Shown here: one piece after another, positions 14,570 through 27,198 of the stretch
Layout: each line of letters starts with the position of its first letter
Numbering within the stretch: the first letter of the stretch is position 1
Assembly: GCF_964355755.1 (NCBI RefSeq)
Contig: NC_092680.1
Coordinates: 3,410,001-3,474,000 of the forward strand
Origin: Antedon mediterranea
Lineage: Eukaryota; Animalia; Echinodermata
Reading direction: 5' to 3'
DNA length: 64,000 nt
Translations under genes and position numbers: made by a program
The notes under the pieces: model-generated
The model's input: the letters and a program-made list of their open reading frames with translations, nothing else
The model's database searches: none
Told to the model about the DNA's origin: nothing

Positions 14570-14952
14570 TTAAAGTCAATATAAACATTAATATTTTCTG
14601 AGATAAGAGAGATAATAAAATTAATTAATATTTTGATGACCTTTTTTACCTTTACATGGAGTTCATTTACATGGGTAATTAGGTTTTGCTTTAATCATTG
14701 GCCTTTTGGCTCCACCTTTCCTGGCGACGATCCTTCCTGCCTACCAGGCATTGCCAAGACCAATATGTCGAAAGCGACATGGCATGACCACCACCAGGCT
14801 GGCTCCCTGTCACTTGATTCACCTCATCTAATCACCCACCCACACATATATCATTACCACAAATTAATCAAGTTTCAAATCTAACTTTTTTTATAACTAC
14901 TGTTTTTTTTATAGGTTTATAGTATAGGTTACTTATTCAGGGGACGTTTTGC

Positions 14953-15085
14953 CATTTCATTTCATTTATTTATTTGACCAACAAGCCATAATATAAAATA
15001 TACAGAGATAAATTGGTCAGGGACTGCTATAAGTAAATAAGATTACTGTAACTACAAGAGTCAGCAGTCCCTGAAACGAACCAGG
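14953..15085 (-). mobile_element. 3' end of a CR1/L2-group LINE (5'-truncated)
   Basis: (ATGAA)n tail on the minus strand and a 12-bp stem TCAGGGACTGCT/AGCAGTCCCTGA. Same architecture as the ORF-bearing LINE end at 56394-56826. Confidence 0.6.
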
Positions 15086-16762
15086 AGAAATATATGTTTT
15101 AACACTAAATTCGGAAACACCAAAAACACTAATGTGTCATTTTCTTAAATAGCTCTACTCTGTTTTATACTTTTAGATGATTTTATATTAAACTTAAAGC
15201 AGCCTGATTAAAGTATAGTTACTTTCAGTTAAACACAGGGAACACTCCTATTATGGGCAGCCTCTGAAATGAACAAGTGAAAATGTATTTTAACTATAGT
15301 TTAATTAGGTATTTCCAGCAGCAGTTATTTTAGACTGCTTTAAAATTAAGATTACTTTCTTTGCTACTTTATGGCCTTTTCTTTTTGCTTTATTTGCTCG
15401 ACACTTTAGACCAATATTAAGCCTTATAGCGCATCAGAGACAGGCCCCCATGCCAAACAAATTTAAACTGATCATTTAACTGAAAACCAACTTAAAAATG
15501 ATACAACCTTAAAATCTGTCAATCTGTTTATCAATCAACCTCGTCATGTAATAATGTAAACAAAAACTTCCTAAAATACTTTGGAATTAATGAAGAAGGA
15601 TATTATGGTAATGAGGATAATGATAGGGTGAATGACCTACCAAGGTAACTATGAAGGATAGAAGTTGATGTCCAAGAATATAATTCAGTGTGTGGGTTCA
15701 CTGGACTGCATAGCTTAGCTAGCTAGGCCTTGGTGGCCTACCTAGCGCGATTGCTGGCTTAGCTAGGCTCGTGATTTTTTCGTTTGTGCGTATGAAAAAG
15801 ACATTACAAAACACTAAGGTATCTAGACAATAGAAACCTTGATTAAAGTCTGATTTTTCATAGTTTTATTATTGTCGGCAATTTGGATTTTTCGTATGCC
15901 GACTAGGCTATGTGATACACCCATTTACATAGCAAGTTGACAAATTGGGAGTCGGCAAACTGACCAGATACCAATACAGCACCTCCTAATAGTTAATAGG
16001 CATATAATAGAAATTGATTTAATATTTATTCATAAAATATAGTATTAGTAGATAATTAAATTAAAGCAATAAAAAAGCGAAAATAAAATCACCATATTTA
16101 GATTTATAAATTTATGACTTTAATGAATAACAAAGGATGTTAAAGAGTATATAATGATGACATCACTAAAATTTAAAAGCTGTTCAATAAAACAAAACAG
16201 AAGTTAATCTATAAAAAACTAGACAACACTTCTGTTTGAATTAGCAAATGTAAAAAAAAGGAGTTTATTTTTTAAAGTAAATAAACATTTTTTTTAAGTA
16301 AAGTTCCCATCGGTTCATTGTTCAAAATGTATATACGTCATTAACTTTTCAGCGACAATGGCTGATAAAATTACTTTGTATATCGACGACCACCGACCAA
16401 AACTACTCAAATACTTGAGAAAAAAATTAGAAATGATTTACTACTTAGGAAAGAAGATAAGAGTATGATGTAAGTAGTTTAGTTAGAGTTGCTATGAATA
16501 GGTATACACAGACTCAAGAACAGTGTTCAAAATTAATAGTTATTATTTGTGAGATGTTGTCAGTATAATAATTAGACACATGTCCAGTACAAAAGGCCTT
16601 TTAAAGCACTTTGATGGATTCAAAAACCCACTAGAGAAACAAGTAGCTTTTTGCATTGTTTTCTGCCTAATGATTACAGTGGAAACACTAACAAGCTGCG
16701 TATATTGTGCCATGATTTTTAGATTGTTTCAAGTTAGTAAGTTAAGTGTTGATTTTGCATTA

Positions 16763-17285
16763 TGATTTGATTTGATTTTATTCAGGTTTCAACATAAAAT
16801 TACAAGACAAAGATTAAAAATACAAATAGAAACATGCAAAGTATTGCACAGTACACAAGAAAACCTAGGATAGCCCATAAAGTATTGCACAGTACACAAG
16901 AAAACCTAGGATAGCCCATAAAGTAAAATATGTAAAGTATTGCACAGTGTACACAAGAAACCTAGGATAGCCCATAAAGTAGGAAAAAAACCAACTTATA
17001 TCCAATGGGGTCATATTATCATAAACTTGAGCGACAAAAACAAAAAACGGTAAAAGTACAAAAACGAGTACACAAAAAAAAAAATGGCATAGAGAAATAG
17101 ATATAATATTATACACTAAAAATGTGATGACTATAAATAAATACAAAATACATGTAATTAAATTATATTAATTATTAGAAACTTTTTGAGCTTTATGGGT
17201 ACTCCTGCAATATTTTAAATGATTTACATCGCTTCCAAGTTATTCCACTGGTCAATGTCTAACGAAAAGTATAGCACAGACTCAC
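16763..17285 (-). mobile_element. Degraded 3' end of a CR1/L2-group LINE with an internal ~41-bp triplication
   Basis: (ATCAA)n tail at the left end. Minus-strand QWNNL...KLKKFL resembles the ORF2 C-terminal WN.LP motif (frameshifted). Unit aaagtattgcacagtacacaagaaaacctaggatagcccat occurs 3 times (16838-16980). Confidence 0.55.
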
Positions 17286-17346
17286 AGATATACAGTATCT
17301 CATTTTGATATATGCATGGTTTTAAAATAAACTAAAAGATATATTA

Positions 17347-17413
17347 AATTGTTTCTGATAAACTAAATTGTTTCCGATAAACTAAATTGTTTCCGATAAA
17401 CTAAATTGTTTCA
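17347..17413. repeat. 19-bp tandem repeat, ~3.5 copies
   Basis: aaattgtttccgataaact repeated. Confidence 0.9.
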
Positions 17414-18427
17414 AGAAATAAGAAGAATGAAATGGACATGCTGAAAGGTAAAACAAGGAAAACTCTAGAATCCCAATCACTCATTGGCTTGGTTTGCAGT
17501 TTAAAAGAATTTTTTAACAATCATTTGTCTTTTCTTTTTTTTTTTGCCGCTCCTTATTTTCAACATGCAGGGTGTCCATCTTCCTGATTAAGTAATTAAG
17601 ATAAAGATATTAACCTTTGACAATAACGTATTCACCTTAAGAAAGTACTTTTCGTTGGTATAAACAAACAATTTATCACTTTATTATTTAATTAATATAA
17701 TACTTAATGTGACAATACTTTGTCATGTAATTAATTTTGTTTATATCATAATGACCTGTGGGAAAACTAGAGGGTCCCCACTGAACATATTTAGCAGCTA
17801 ATTTCATATTGTGTTTACTTATTAAATATTATTCTCTGATAATTACTAAAACAAAATTAATATGATACAAGAATAAGCCTTAATTATCTTGTAAGAAAAG
17901 ATTTCAATTCAATATGTAATGCAAACAAGAATTTACCAAAAATAAAATATATAAAATTAAAAAATATTGTAGATACACATACAGTATTAATTCTTTATTT
18001 TTATTCCTTTGCTTGAAATATACCACCTCTTTTGGGAATATTCTAATTTTAGTGCAATACTGTTGTATATTATTTGTAATTTATTATTTTATAGTTTTTT
18101 TTTCTCAGTTTAAAACAATTAGGAAATATATATTGCTATATAGACATTTATTTATTATGAAAATAATTACTTTTTAAAATGTATGGTTTATTTATTTCAT
18201 CTTAATAGAGGGTAACTTTCCACCGTGAGCTGATTTTATATGCCGTTAACAAAAACAAATTATAACAAAGAATAAAACATATAAAAAGTTTTTTGAGAAT
18301 GATTAAATAGAGCAACAATTTTTTTTAAAAGACCTCTCTTTATTTGGAGTTATCCTTGTTTTATTTTATCAAAATAATTCTGTTTAATAAAAATAATAAA
18401 AATCCAAATACCGGTAATAAGAATGAA

Positions 18428-18470
18428 GATCTGACATTTCGACCTTTATTAGGTCATCATCATCAGGAAC
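18428..18470 (-). ncRNA. Decayed minimal hammerhead-ribozyme motif (Penelope-like retroelement relic)
   Basis: Minus strand: CTGATGA-tgat-GACC-taataaa-GGTC-GAAA-tg-TC. Core motifs and stem II are present. Stem I is broken and the stem III CG appears mutated to TG. Confidence 0.5.
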
Positions 18471-18699
18471 GTATTGATAATGCAAAGGAACAAAAATAAT
18501 TGTAAACGTCCTGAGGGCGTTCAGGATAACCCACTTGTGTATCATTTAATTAGCAATTAAACAAACTTAACCCTTGTCAATTGTAATTACCCAATATTAC
18601 TGAACTGTTCATGCTGGGATGGTGCAGCGTGGGTTGAGTTCTGAGAAATCCCAGGCCTAAAAACACATTCAATAAAAGTCTGTGTGTGTTATCTCCTAA

Positions 18700-18773
18700 A
18701 GCTCTGTCTACATTATCAAACTATTTTGACAAAAAAAGTGTGATGTGCCTAAATTGTGGTATGCCCAAATATA
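18700..18773 (-). mobile_element. MITE family B, truncated copy
   Basis: agctctgtctacattatcaaactattttgacaaaaaaagtgtgatgtgcc is one end of family B. Confidence 0.8.
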
Positions 18774-19606
18774 CAAAAGCATGCACAATTCAACTTTAAT
18801 TTATAGCAATATTTTAATATAACTTAAGTTTCATTTAATTTATTCATACCAATACAAAACATTAAAATGTATATTCATTCATACATTTTAACGAATTATT
18901 CAATTCAAATGATTTAATTGCCTATTAAGAAATAAAATTAAAATTTGTGTGATTTTTTTTACTGATCTGTTTGTCCAAAGAGTTGAAAACATTTTTATTT
19001 GATAATAATTACAAGAAGGCGTTATATTATAGTTTATACAGAAGACCCTAGCGATTTTTACTTCTAAATGTTGACAAGAATGTACAGGCCATATTATGTT
19101 TTTTAAATGTAATATAGGTCATTGCTATTACATGTTATATTCATTTATTTTCTTCCTTTCGTCTACTGAATTAATAAACAGAAGTTATTCCTAATTTTAC
19201 ACATTCAATCCATTTAGAACAAAGTACTTGCCTATCTGAAAAATGTAATTTTCTAATATTTCCAATTCTAAAATGCGTTTCTATGAAATTCTAAAAATCT
19301 TAAATTATGACTATATCGATGAAAATATCAATATTGATAATAAATTGGTGTATAGACCTTGAGATTTGATTCGATTGAAAGTATGCTCATAATAAATGTA
19401 TTTATTTTATTACATTTATGCTTTTATTTCTATTATATTTAATGTATTAATGTGAAGCATTGATATATACCTATATTGGAATAAATAAATAAAACCTTTT
19501 AAAAGTTGATTTTTTAAAGTTCAATCAACTTCTAGAATATAGAAATATATTTAACCCATAATTTTGGTGAATCCAATGGATTATTACATTTTTTTACTAT
19601 ATAAAA

Positions 19607-19848
19607 GAGTTGTGGTAGAGTGGTTAGGACACTTGACATAACACAGAAAGACTCTGGTTCAATTCTTGATAATAAAAAAACCACTCCAAGCTGTCCTATC
19701 AGCCGTAAATGAGTACTGTATGTAAAATATTAGGAAGGATAAGGCGGCGTGGAAAGGAAGTGGTCACCCTACCACATAATGTCGAGGCTTTTAGTACAAT
19801 AAGCTCCTAACGCACAGAATGAACACAGGACTCGCCTTTACCTCTTTA
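19607..19848 (+). mobile_element. tRNA-derived SINE
   Basis: A box TGGTAGAGTGG, B box GGTTCAATTC, body tcagccgtaaatgagtac...ggaaggataaggcggcg, 3' tail gcctttacctcttta. (ACCTTT)n-type tails are typical of RTE-mobilised SINEs. Confidence 0.75.
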
Positions 19849-19946
19849 ATACATAAAAACAACAATTTACTATTCAACGTGTTCCTCTTTTTTAAGGTGA
19901 ATTTGTGCTGAATAACAACATAAACCAGTTTCTATTTATAGTGTTG

Positions 19947-20110
19947 ATTTATTTTATTTCATTTCAAGGACAAGACACGAAAGTAAAATTGTAACATTGT
20001 AAAACAAAGTAATGAAACAGGGACAACCACAAAACAAACAAAACAGCTTTTACAATTAGTGGTGCCCTAGAAGAGAAAACAACAAAAATAAATATATATA
20101 ATAGTATAAG
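19947..20110 (-). mobile_element. Probable LINE 3' tail fragment
   Basis: Tail atttattttatttcatttc plus imperfect stem agggacaaccac/gtggtgccct. Same layout as the other LINE tails. Confidence 0.4.
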
Positions 20111-20252
20111 ATAAAGTTTGTACTTATATGTTATTCAATAACTGTTCTTTATAAACAGCAGAAAACTGATTTGCTTATCAAATATAACTGGTATAATGTT
20201 TATTTTATTTATTTGTTTTATATCATTTATCCTCAATAAAAGGAATTTGGAT

Positions 20253-20980
20253 TAGGCCTACACCATACAGGAACTGAGGTAGATTAGTTACACCATGGAG
20301 AAATTATTTCTCCATGGTTACACCTTGGTAATCCCCTACTCTTCCTAAGTGCCATGAAGAGTAGGCCTACACCATACAGGAACTGAGGTAGATTAGTACA
20401 CCTTGGTAATCCCCTACACTTCCTATGTGCCATGAAGAGTAGGCCTACACCATACAGGAACTGAGGTAGATTAGTACACCTTGGTAATCCCCTACTCTTC
20501 CTATGTGCCATGAAGAGTAGGCCTACACCATACAGGAACTGAGGTAGATTAGTACACCTTGGTAATCCCCTACTCTTCCTATGTGCCATGAAGAGTAGGC
20601 CTACACCATACAGGAACTGAGGTAGATTAGTACACCTTGGTAATCCCCTACTCTTCCTATGTGCCATGAAGAGTAGGCCTACACCATACAGGAACTGAGG
20701 TAGATTAGTATACCTTGGTAATCCCCTACTCTTCCTATGTGCCATGAAGAGTAGGCCTACACCATACAGGAACTGAGGTAGATTAGTACACCTTGGTAAT
20801 CCCCTACTCTTCCTATGTGCCATGAAGAGTAGGCCTACACCATACAGGAACTGAGGTAGATTAGTACACCTTGGTAATCCCCTACTCTTCCTATGTGCCA
20901 TGAAGAGTAGGCCTACACCATACAGGAACTGAGGTAGATTAGTACACCTTGGTAATTCCCTACTCTTCCTATGTGCTATG
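20253..20980. repeat. 78-bp minisatellite, ~9 near-identical copies
   Basis: Unit gagtaggcctacaccatacaggaactgaggtagattagtacaccttggtaatcccctactcttcctatgtgccatgaa. Explains the 205-aa repetitive ORF. Confidence 0.97.
20294..20316. mobile_element. 23-bp palindromic mini-element, P-element-like termini
   Basis: CATGGAGAAAT-T-ATTTCTCCATG flanked by the 7-bp direct repeat GTTACAC. Absent from all other units of the array. Confidence 0.65.
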
Positions 20981-21687
20981 TTTTATTGTTTAAAGGCATT
21001 TTGAAGAGCAAGAATCTTTGTAGCTTAAAGCATTGTCCTTTGATTTGTCTTTCTGTAATTTTTAGCAAATATAATGGATAGCGATATTATAAACATACAT
21101 GTAGAAAACCAGTTATCCTATCATCTTTCAAAGCATTGACTTTCATATCTCTGCCATTCATCCATGTTGTCTAAACTGAAGAGGTTAGAAAGTAGCCATC
21201 TCAAGTACGCGGTACATTACTAAACAACTACATATTAGTTGTGTTTACACTGTTTACCTAGAGTTAGTCCGCAGTAGAAAGTCAGCATATGGCTGTGTAC
21301 AATCTAATCTGCACTTAAACGACACAAGAAGATGGCCCATAAAAACCAGCCTGTCAAGTGGTCAGGCTTTTAACTGGTTATAAAGATGAAATGCTTCGTA
21401 CACATGATAACGTTTAACCTATTACTTGGGGTAATGTAGATACTGTAAAGTACGTTCTTAAGTATCTTTGAATACAAAATAGATGTACAGTGCACACATG
21501 TTAGGATAGAATGCGATATAATTATAAATACATATTGAAATTTTATATTCAATTTAAAATATATTACTTTATTTATTGTATGAAAGAATCTCTCTTGCGG
21601 GACTCAAACCTGCAAGTTCTAATGTACAGAGGGCTACCTTTCAAAAACCTAACAAAAATCCTACAATAAAGAAAACCCAAATTAATG

Positions 21688-21975
21688 AATATAGTACAAA
21701 TAATTAATGTTTATGAGTGAAATGGTACAATTATTTACATCATTCTCATGATGTAAAAATATTGCTTTCTGTATAGTGCACTGAATGAAAACATTTACCC
21801 AGAATTACCAACCTAAATGTAATATAGTACAAATAGTTAATGTTTATAAGTGCAATGGTACAATTATTTACACGATGTAAAAATATTGCTTTCCGTATAG
21901 TGCACTGAATGAAAATAGTTGTTCCATTGCACGAATACTAAAATGTATTTTTGTTTAATGTAATATAATTAGAGT
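21688..21975 (-). mobile_element. Family D element (related to 43360-43690) with its terminal ~130 bp duplicated
   Basis: Two copies of tagtacaaata.ttaatgtttat.agtg.aatggtacaa (reverse complement of the right end of the 43.4-kb element), followed by ccattgcacgaatac. Confidence 0.7.
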
Positions 21976-22917
21976 GCATATATGAATAAACACACATAAT
22001 ACAATTTGCAAAATAAAAAATAAGAGTTCATAATCATCATTTTAGAAAGAAGATTTCCCAATTCATTTTCAAGAAGTAGTAAATCCAAAATGAGAAAATC
22101 ATATGTTACATTTTAATTATGTACAGGTAATCAAGTACTGTATGTTTAATAATTAAAGTGCTTTGTGCAAATCTAAATCTATTTTGTTGGTAAAATCATT
22201 ATCTTTCCATTGAATCTTTTTCTTCTGCTATTCTGTTTTTGCCTTTAACAACTCAAGGATCTTTTTGTCTGTCCACTGTTTGATTGTGAGATATATAAGA
22301 TTTTGAGTACAGTGAATATGAAAGATATGGTGCCCTCTATGTGCATGCACACTAAATAGATGTAGCGTTTTTGTTTGTTTTATTGATAGTTGTTTTAAAG
22401 ACAAAATTAATGTTAGCAAAAAATGTATTTTATTTGTTCAAACATCACAGGCCCTATATACAGTATATATACAGAGTAGATAGTACAGACTTTATGTCTA
22501 ATTGATATCCATGTTTTGGGGGATTTTTGTTTTGCTTTTTTGGTCGAATGTACAAATGGGTTTAGTTGGTTTGAGAATCTGTTCGTTTCATTTTTTAACC
22601 TTAATTAAGCAATATGCTAATTTATTAGAGGATGAATTCTCATTCCCAGTATGTCATGTGATGTGTATTACTACTACCCATCACATTAAACACAGGCCTA
22701 ATTATATTAATATTATCCGAGCAGTAGAAATTTATTTTTAATACAGTTAGTAAAATAAAAACTTGTGAGTTTTGAATTTTAATTAAAATTGGTTATTGTT
22801 ACAAATTTAATACGAGAATTATCATAAAAAATGTTACTCTATCTACACAATACTAGGATGCGTTTCAGGCGTCCTCAACTGGTATTCCAGCTTGATAGTG
22901 ATACGATTCTAATCCAA

Positions 22918-22975
22918 AAATGGTGTAATTAGTAGGTACTCAGCTTCATAACACAGAGGTCTAGGTTCAAATCAA
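22918..22975 (+). mobile_element. Degenerate tRNA-like SINE head
   Basis: tggtgtaattagtagg...cataacacagaggtctaggttcaaatc. Shares cataacacaga and the B box with the SINE at 19607. Confidence 0.45.
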
Positions 22976-23021
22976 ATTTTTGTGATTATTAACAGGGGAG
23001 GATTCAAGTTTGGAAAATTAT

Positions 23022-23138
23022 AAAAGTGTGATGTGCCCAAATATGGTAGTGATAAGCTCAAATATGGTCATCATCATGTCCATATATAGGCACATCACAT
23101 TTTTTTGTCACATAAAGTTTGATAGTGTAGACAAAGCT
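23022..23138 (-). mobile_element. MITE family B, one end missing
   Basis: gtgtgatgtgcccaaatatggtagtg...cacataaagtttgatagtgtagacaaagct|taa. Confidence 0.85.
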
Positions 23139-23960
23139 TAAGAAATCAATTTAAACTAAAAATACTTTATTCGCTGCTCATTTACACCTTCCTACCATCT
23201 CTCAACTTGAAATCCATGATAAAAGGTGCCGTAACCCTTGTGTTTTTAAATTGGGTTCCTCTGTACTATTCATAGGTGTTTAAATAACCACGTAAATGTA
23301 GGTCGGATATATAAGTGCATTTGTGTTTATTATGGGTGTAGCGGTCTCTTCCTTCATACAATTCCGCTTCACAGACCTAGTTTATTTTACCGTTCTATCA
23401 GGCAGGTGTGACAAGCCAAACTGTTTATATTCAAAGTCGTCTTGTTTATATCATTCTAAGCTCAGATTGTGTTTCTTAAAATTCTAAACTTTTACTTCCA
23501 TTTAATTCTATTTCTGTTGCTATATAACAACTATCTGCAACAAAAATAACATTTTTGTTGTGTCTTCATAATTTATAAATAAAATGAATGATAAATGAAT
23601 GGAATGGTAAAGTATTATTTTAATTAATTTTTTTTTTTATTAATGTTTAATAAATAAAAAATGGATAACAATAAAATAGACTATTAACTTGTGGTTTATT
23701 CATTTTTCTATACAGATTGTTTTTAGTGTTAATAAATTATTCATTATGAGAAAATCAAGAATGTGATTTTCAAATTAAATATTGGATTATTGAAATTAAA
23801 ATTACTATTGGAATTGGATTATATAACTACATTTTGTCTATTTTAAAAAATGGATGAAATATTGTGAAGTAATAATAATGGAATATTATACTGAAAACAA
23901 AATCCTAAAATTAACATTCAATAAAACTGCAATAATCCATTTTTTTATGTCATAGCTTCA

Positions 23961-24180
23961 ATGTGGCACTAGCTCCCATATACATGATGTACAACAAACA
24001 TTGATGTAGCACTAGCTCCCATTCACATGATGTACAATAAACATTGATGAGCACTAGCTCCCATTCACATGATGTACAACAAACATTGATGTAGCACTAG
24101 CTCCCATTCACATGATGTAAACATTGATGTAGCACTAGCTCCCATTCACATGATGTACAATAAACATTGATGTAGCACTA
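23961..24180. repeat. ~43-bp minisatellite, ~5 copies
   Basis: Unit atgtagcactagctcccattcacatgatgtacaa(c/t)aaacattg with small deletions. Confidence 0.95.
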
Positions 24181-24875
24181 TTTACGATAACATCAGTCAC
24201 AAACAGTGATTTTGCCAGATTGTAAGAGTCCGTAGAAGATTGATTCTTTTGTTAGCGGGTCATTTGTTGGACTGACTTGATCATATCTCGTAAGATTGAT
24301 GGTCTAGTTTGTCAGTGGGTTGATACTCCTGATAGCGATTGTTGTGGTTCAAGTCTGTTTGTTTACATGACGTCAAATCACCTTCCAAGTTGTTAATATT
24401 ACTCAGTGTTAGGACACCGATCAAACTTGACAATTACGATTGTATGCACAGACGGTCAGGTTTCTTTGGAAATGTAGTAGGATGTAGAATCAACAAGGAG
24501 TCTGACATTCAGGTTGTGTTATCGGTCATTTTCAAATATTAGTCTGTCGTGATAATGGCGATTACTATGTTGATTTTGAATTCTATGTTTAGACAGAACG
24601 ATAGTAATGGCAAGACACTATCTTATAACATTATTATAACAAAAATATCTACTCTATGTATCACGTCCATACATATTGTAGAAAATATCTTTGAAAAATC
24701 TTTGATAAATATTTTAATTCATTTGCATTTAATTCATTTTTGTTAGTATTTATTGGTTCTTAACACAAGGATATTTTTTGCCATTAGCAATTGTCTCTTT
24801 TGCACTGTAAAATAAATACTAATTATTCTTTTTTCATTATCATGAAATAGGACTTGGACCCAGTATTCTGAAATT

Positions 24876-25020
24876 CACTGTCAAACTTTATGTGAAAAAA
24901 ATGTGGTATGTCCATTGGACATGATGATGTTATATCATTACCATATTTAAGCATATCACTACCATATTTCGGAACATCACACTTTTTTTGTCAAACTAGT
25001 TTGATAGTTTAGACAGAGCT
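24876..25020 (+). mobile_element. MITE family B, near-complete copy
   Basis: cactgtcaaactttatgtg...gtcaaactagtttgatagtttagacagagct|taa. Confidence 0.85.
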
Positions 25021-27198
25021 TAATATAGGTTTCAACACATTTCACAAATAATATTTAACATTTTTAATAATTATGATTTCCCATAACATTTACCTCAAAC
25101 CACAGTAGCAATAAACAATACATTGCATATGAAAGCCAAACCAAGCAACAAAAGATATCTCTATAAAACGAATCCCAAAGGTAAATGCATCGCTACACGG
25201 CCGTAAAATAAAACGGCTCGTGACTACGTCTCGTTTCGTGAAAACAGGCAAACAATCTTTATGTTGGCGGATTTATGTGTAGTGATCTAAACTGGATTTC
25301 ACCTTTTTATTAAACTTCTTTTGGCATATGATTTCAAGAAATGACTGGTACTGATATATATCTGACAATGATCAATGTATTATAGAAAAGAATTTGATAT
25401 TTCTAATAAAAATGATAGTATGAGATTAATGATTTATATCTCATTATCTCTTATAATTTGTATTGTTTGAAGGTTTTACAAGGTGGATCAAATATTTGCA
25501 GTAACATGACACATTTTAGTTCATTAAAAGTGAAATATTTTATTATAAAAATCAAAATTGATATTATCTGTTGATGGGAGTGGCAATGTCCGATAACATA
25601 ATGTTTGAGTCATGGTTTCGGATATGACAAATTCATAATGCTCCAAACGTCTTTTCTGCCATTGTCCAATAGGACAACCTCTTGTTTACAACCTCAGGTC
25701 AAAGTTTACAAAAAGTCATTGTACAGGTATTAACATTTAATCCTAAATCATTGTACTTGATAATGTTTTTGTTTTTTTTCAAATTCATTAAAAAAACTTA
25801 CAAAACATCATTTAAATACTGACCAAATCATCCATATAATTATAAAAACCTGTACTTTACCATGTATAAGACGTAATTATTACAAGAACTAAACATCAAT
25901 AAAAACAAGAGCATTTAAGTTTATATCATCACTCTACTTAGAATAGGAGCTAGGAATTATCTCTGTAAAGATCTTATCTTGTTAAATCTTGCTACGGTAT
26001 AATTATCTTACGCCAGACAAAACTTATAATAATAAAACAGAAATTGATTGTAGATATTACAACTGCTCTTAAAACTAAGAATTTAAGGAGGGTTTAGCAA
26101 TAGAATAGGGTAATGAGGTACAAAGAGTAAAATGATTTAAATTACATGTTTTCATCATCATATTTGGACATAATTCTATGTATAAATGATGGTTTTTATA
26201 TTTTCAAGCACAATTAAATTTTGTGGAATATTTCAGATATTTTAAAGTAAGAAGTGGAAAAGAGCCTTTTAGTAAAAGGGGAAAAAAGTGGAAAGCTGTT
26301 GGCTCCCTTCATACCTCTGTAACCCATCCTTGTAATTATACAGACTGCTCAAAAATAATGTTTGCAATACTTATGAGCACATACAAATATTCAACAAATT
26401 TATATATTTTTATTTTTAAAATGTTAGGCACTGTTTTTTGCAAAAGAGTTATTTGACGGTTTAGTGTACCAACAAGTATTGGTGAGATTAAGAATCAATT
26501 AGATTCATTCCTCCATGATTTTATGCAACCCACTTGTTAGTATTCCTTTATTAGGATCACCAGTTTTGTGTTTTCATTTTTGTGTACATGAATATTAAAC
26601 TTATGGTCTATTACCTAGATTAAACCACCTGCTATGTCAAAGTTGTGAGCTTAAAGGAAAGACTACTGGATACCAGTAAAATTTGCTTTGTGTCGTGTAA
26701 GGAAATCTTCCCTCACTCTACCTCAATAATGTGTTATCACATTATTTGTTTTAAGTAATAAGAATATCTCTCTTCTCCTCAAACTTGGTATGGTAAAAGC
26801 TACTATAAAATGAATGGCAGATTGAGTATGGGACTAATGGATTGATATGGGAGGTGGTTGAATGATAGATGCATGATGAAGGCTAATGTAAATTTGGGTG
26901 GCATCAATATCTGACAGACAGATTAGGATTAAATGCAAGATTTGTTTAATAAGATTGATTGTCTTTTTAAAATGATAAATAGAAGAAAGATAGATGTTAG
27001 ATTAGATGGTAGATAGATTAGAAAGAGATAAATGGGTTCTTAATGGGTGGTTAGATGAGTAGGTGATGTATAGATGAGCAGAGCTAAGGAAACAAATGAA
27101 AAATTGAGAGACAAATGAAGGAAAGGGTTGATGTGATTGATAATGCAGACATTTGTCCATTTTGTCATTGTCAAAGAATAACAGAGTGACATCTGAAT

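Noticed and set aside
20284-20901. 205-aa ORF (MAHRKSRGLPRCTNLPQFLYGVGLLF)n
   Set aside because: Simple read-through of a 78-bp tandem repeat derived from a SINE. No domain, splice or codon evidence.
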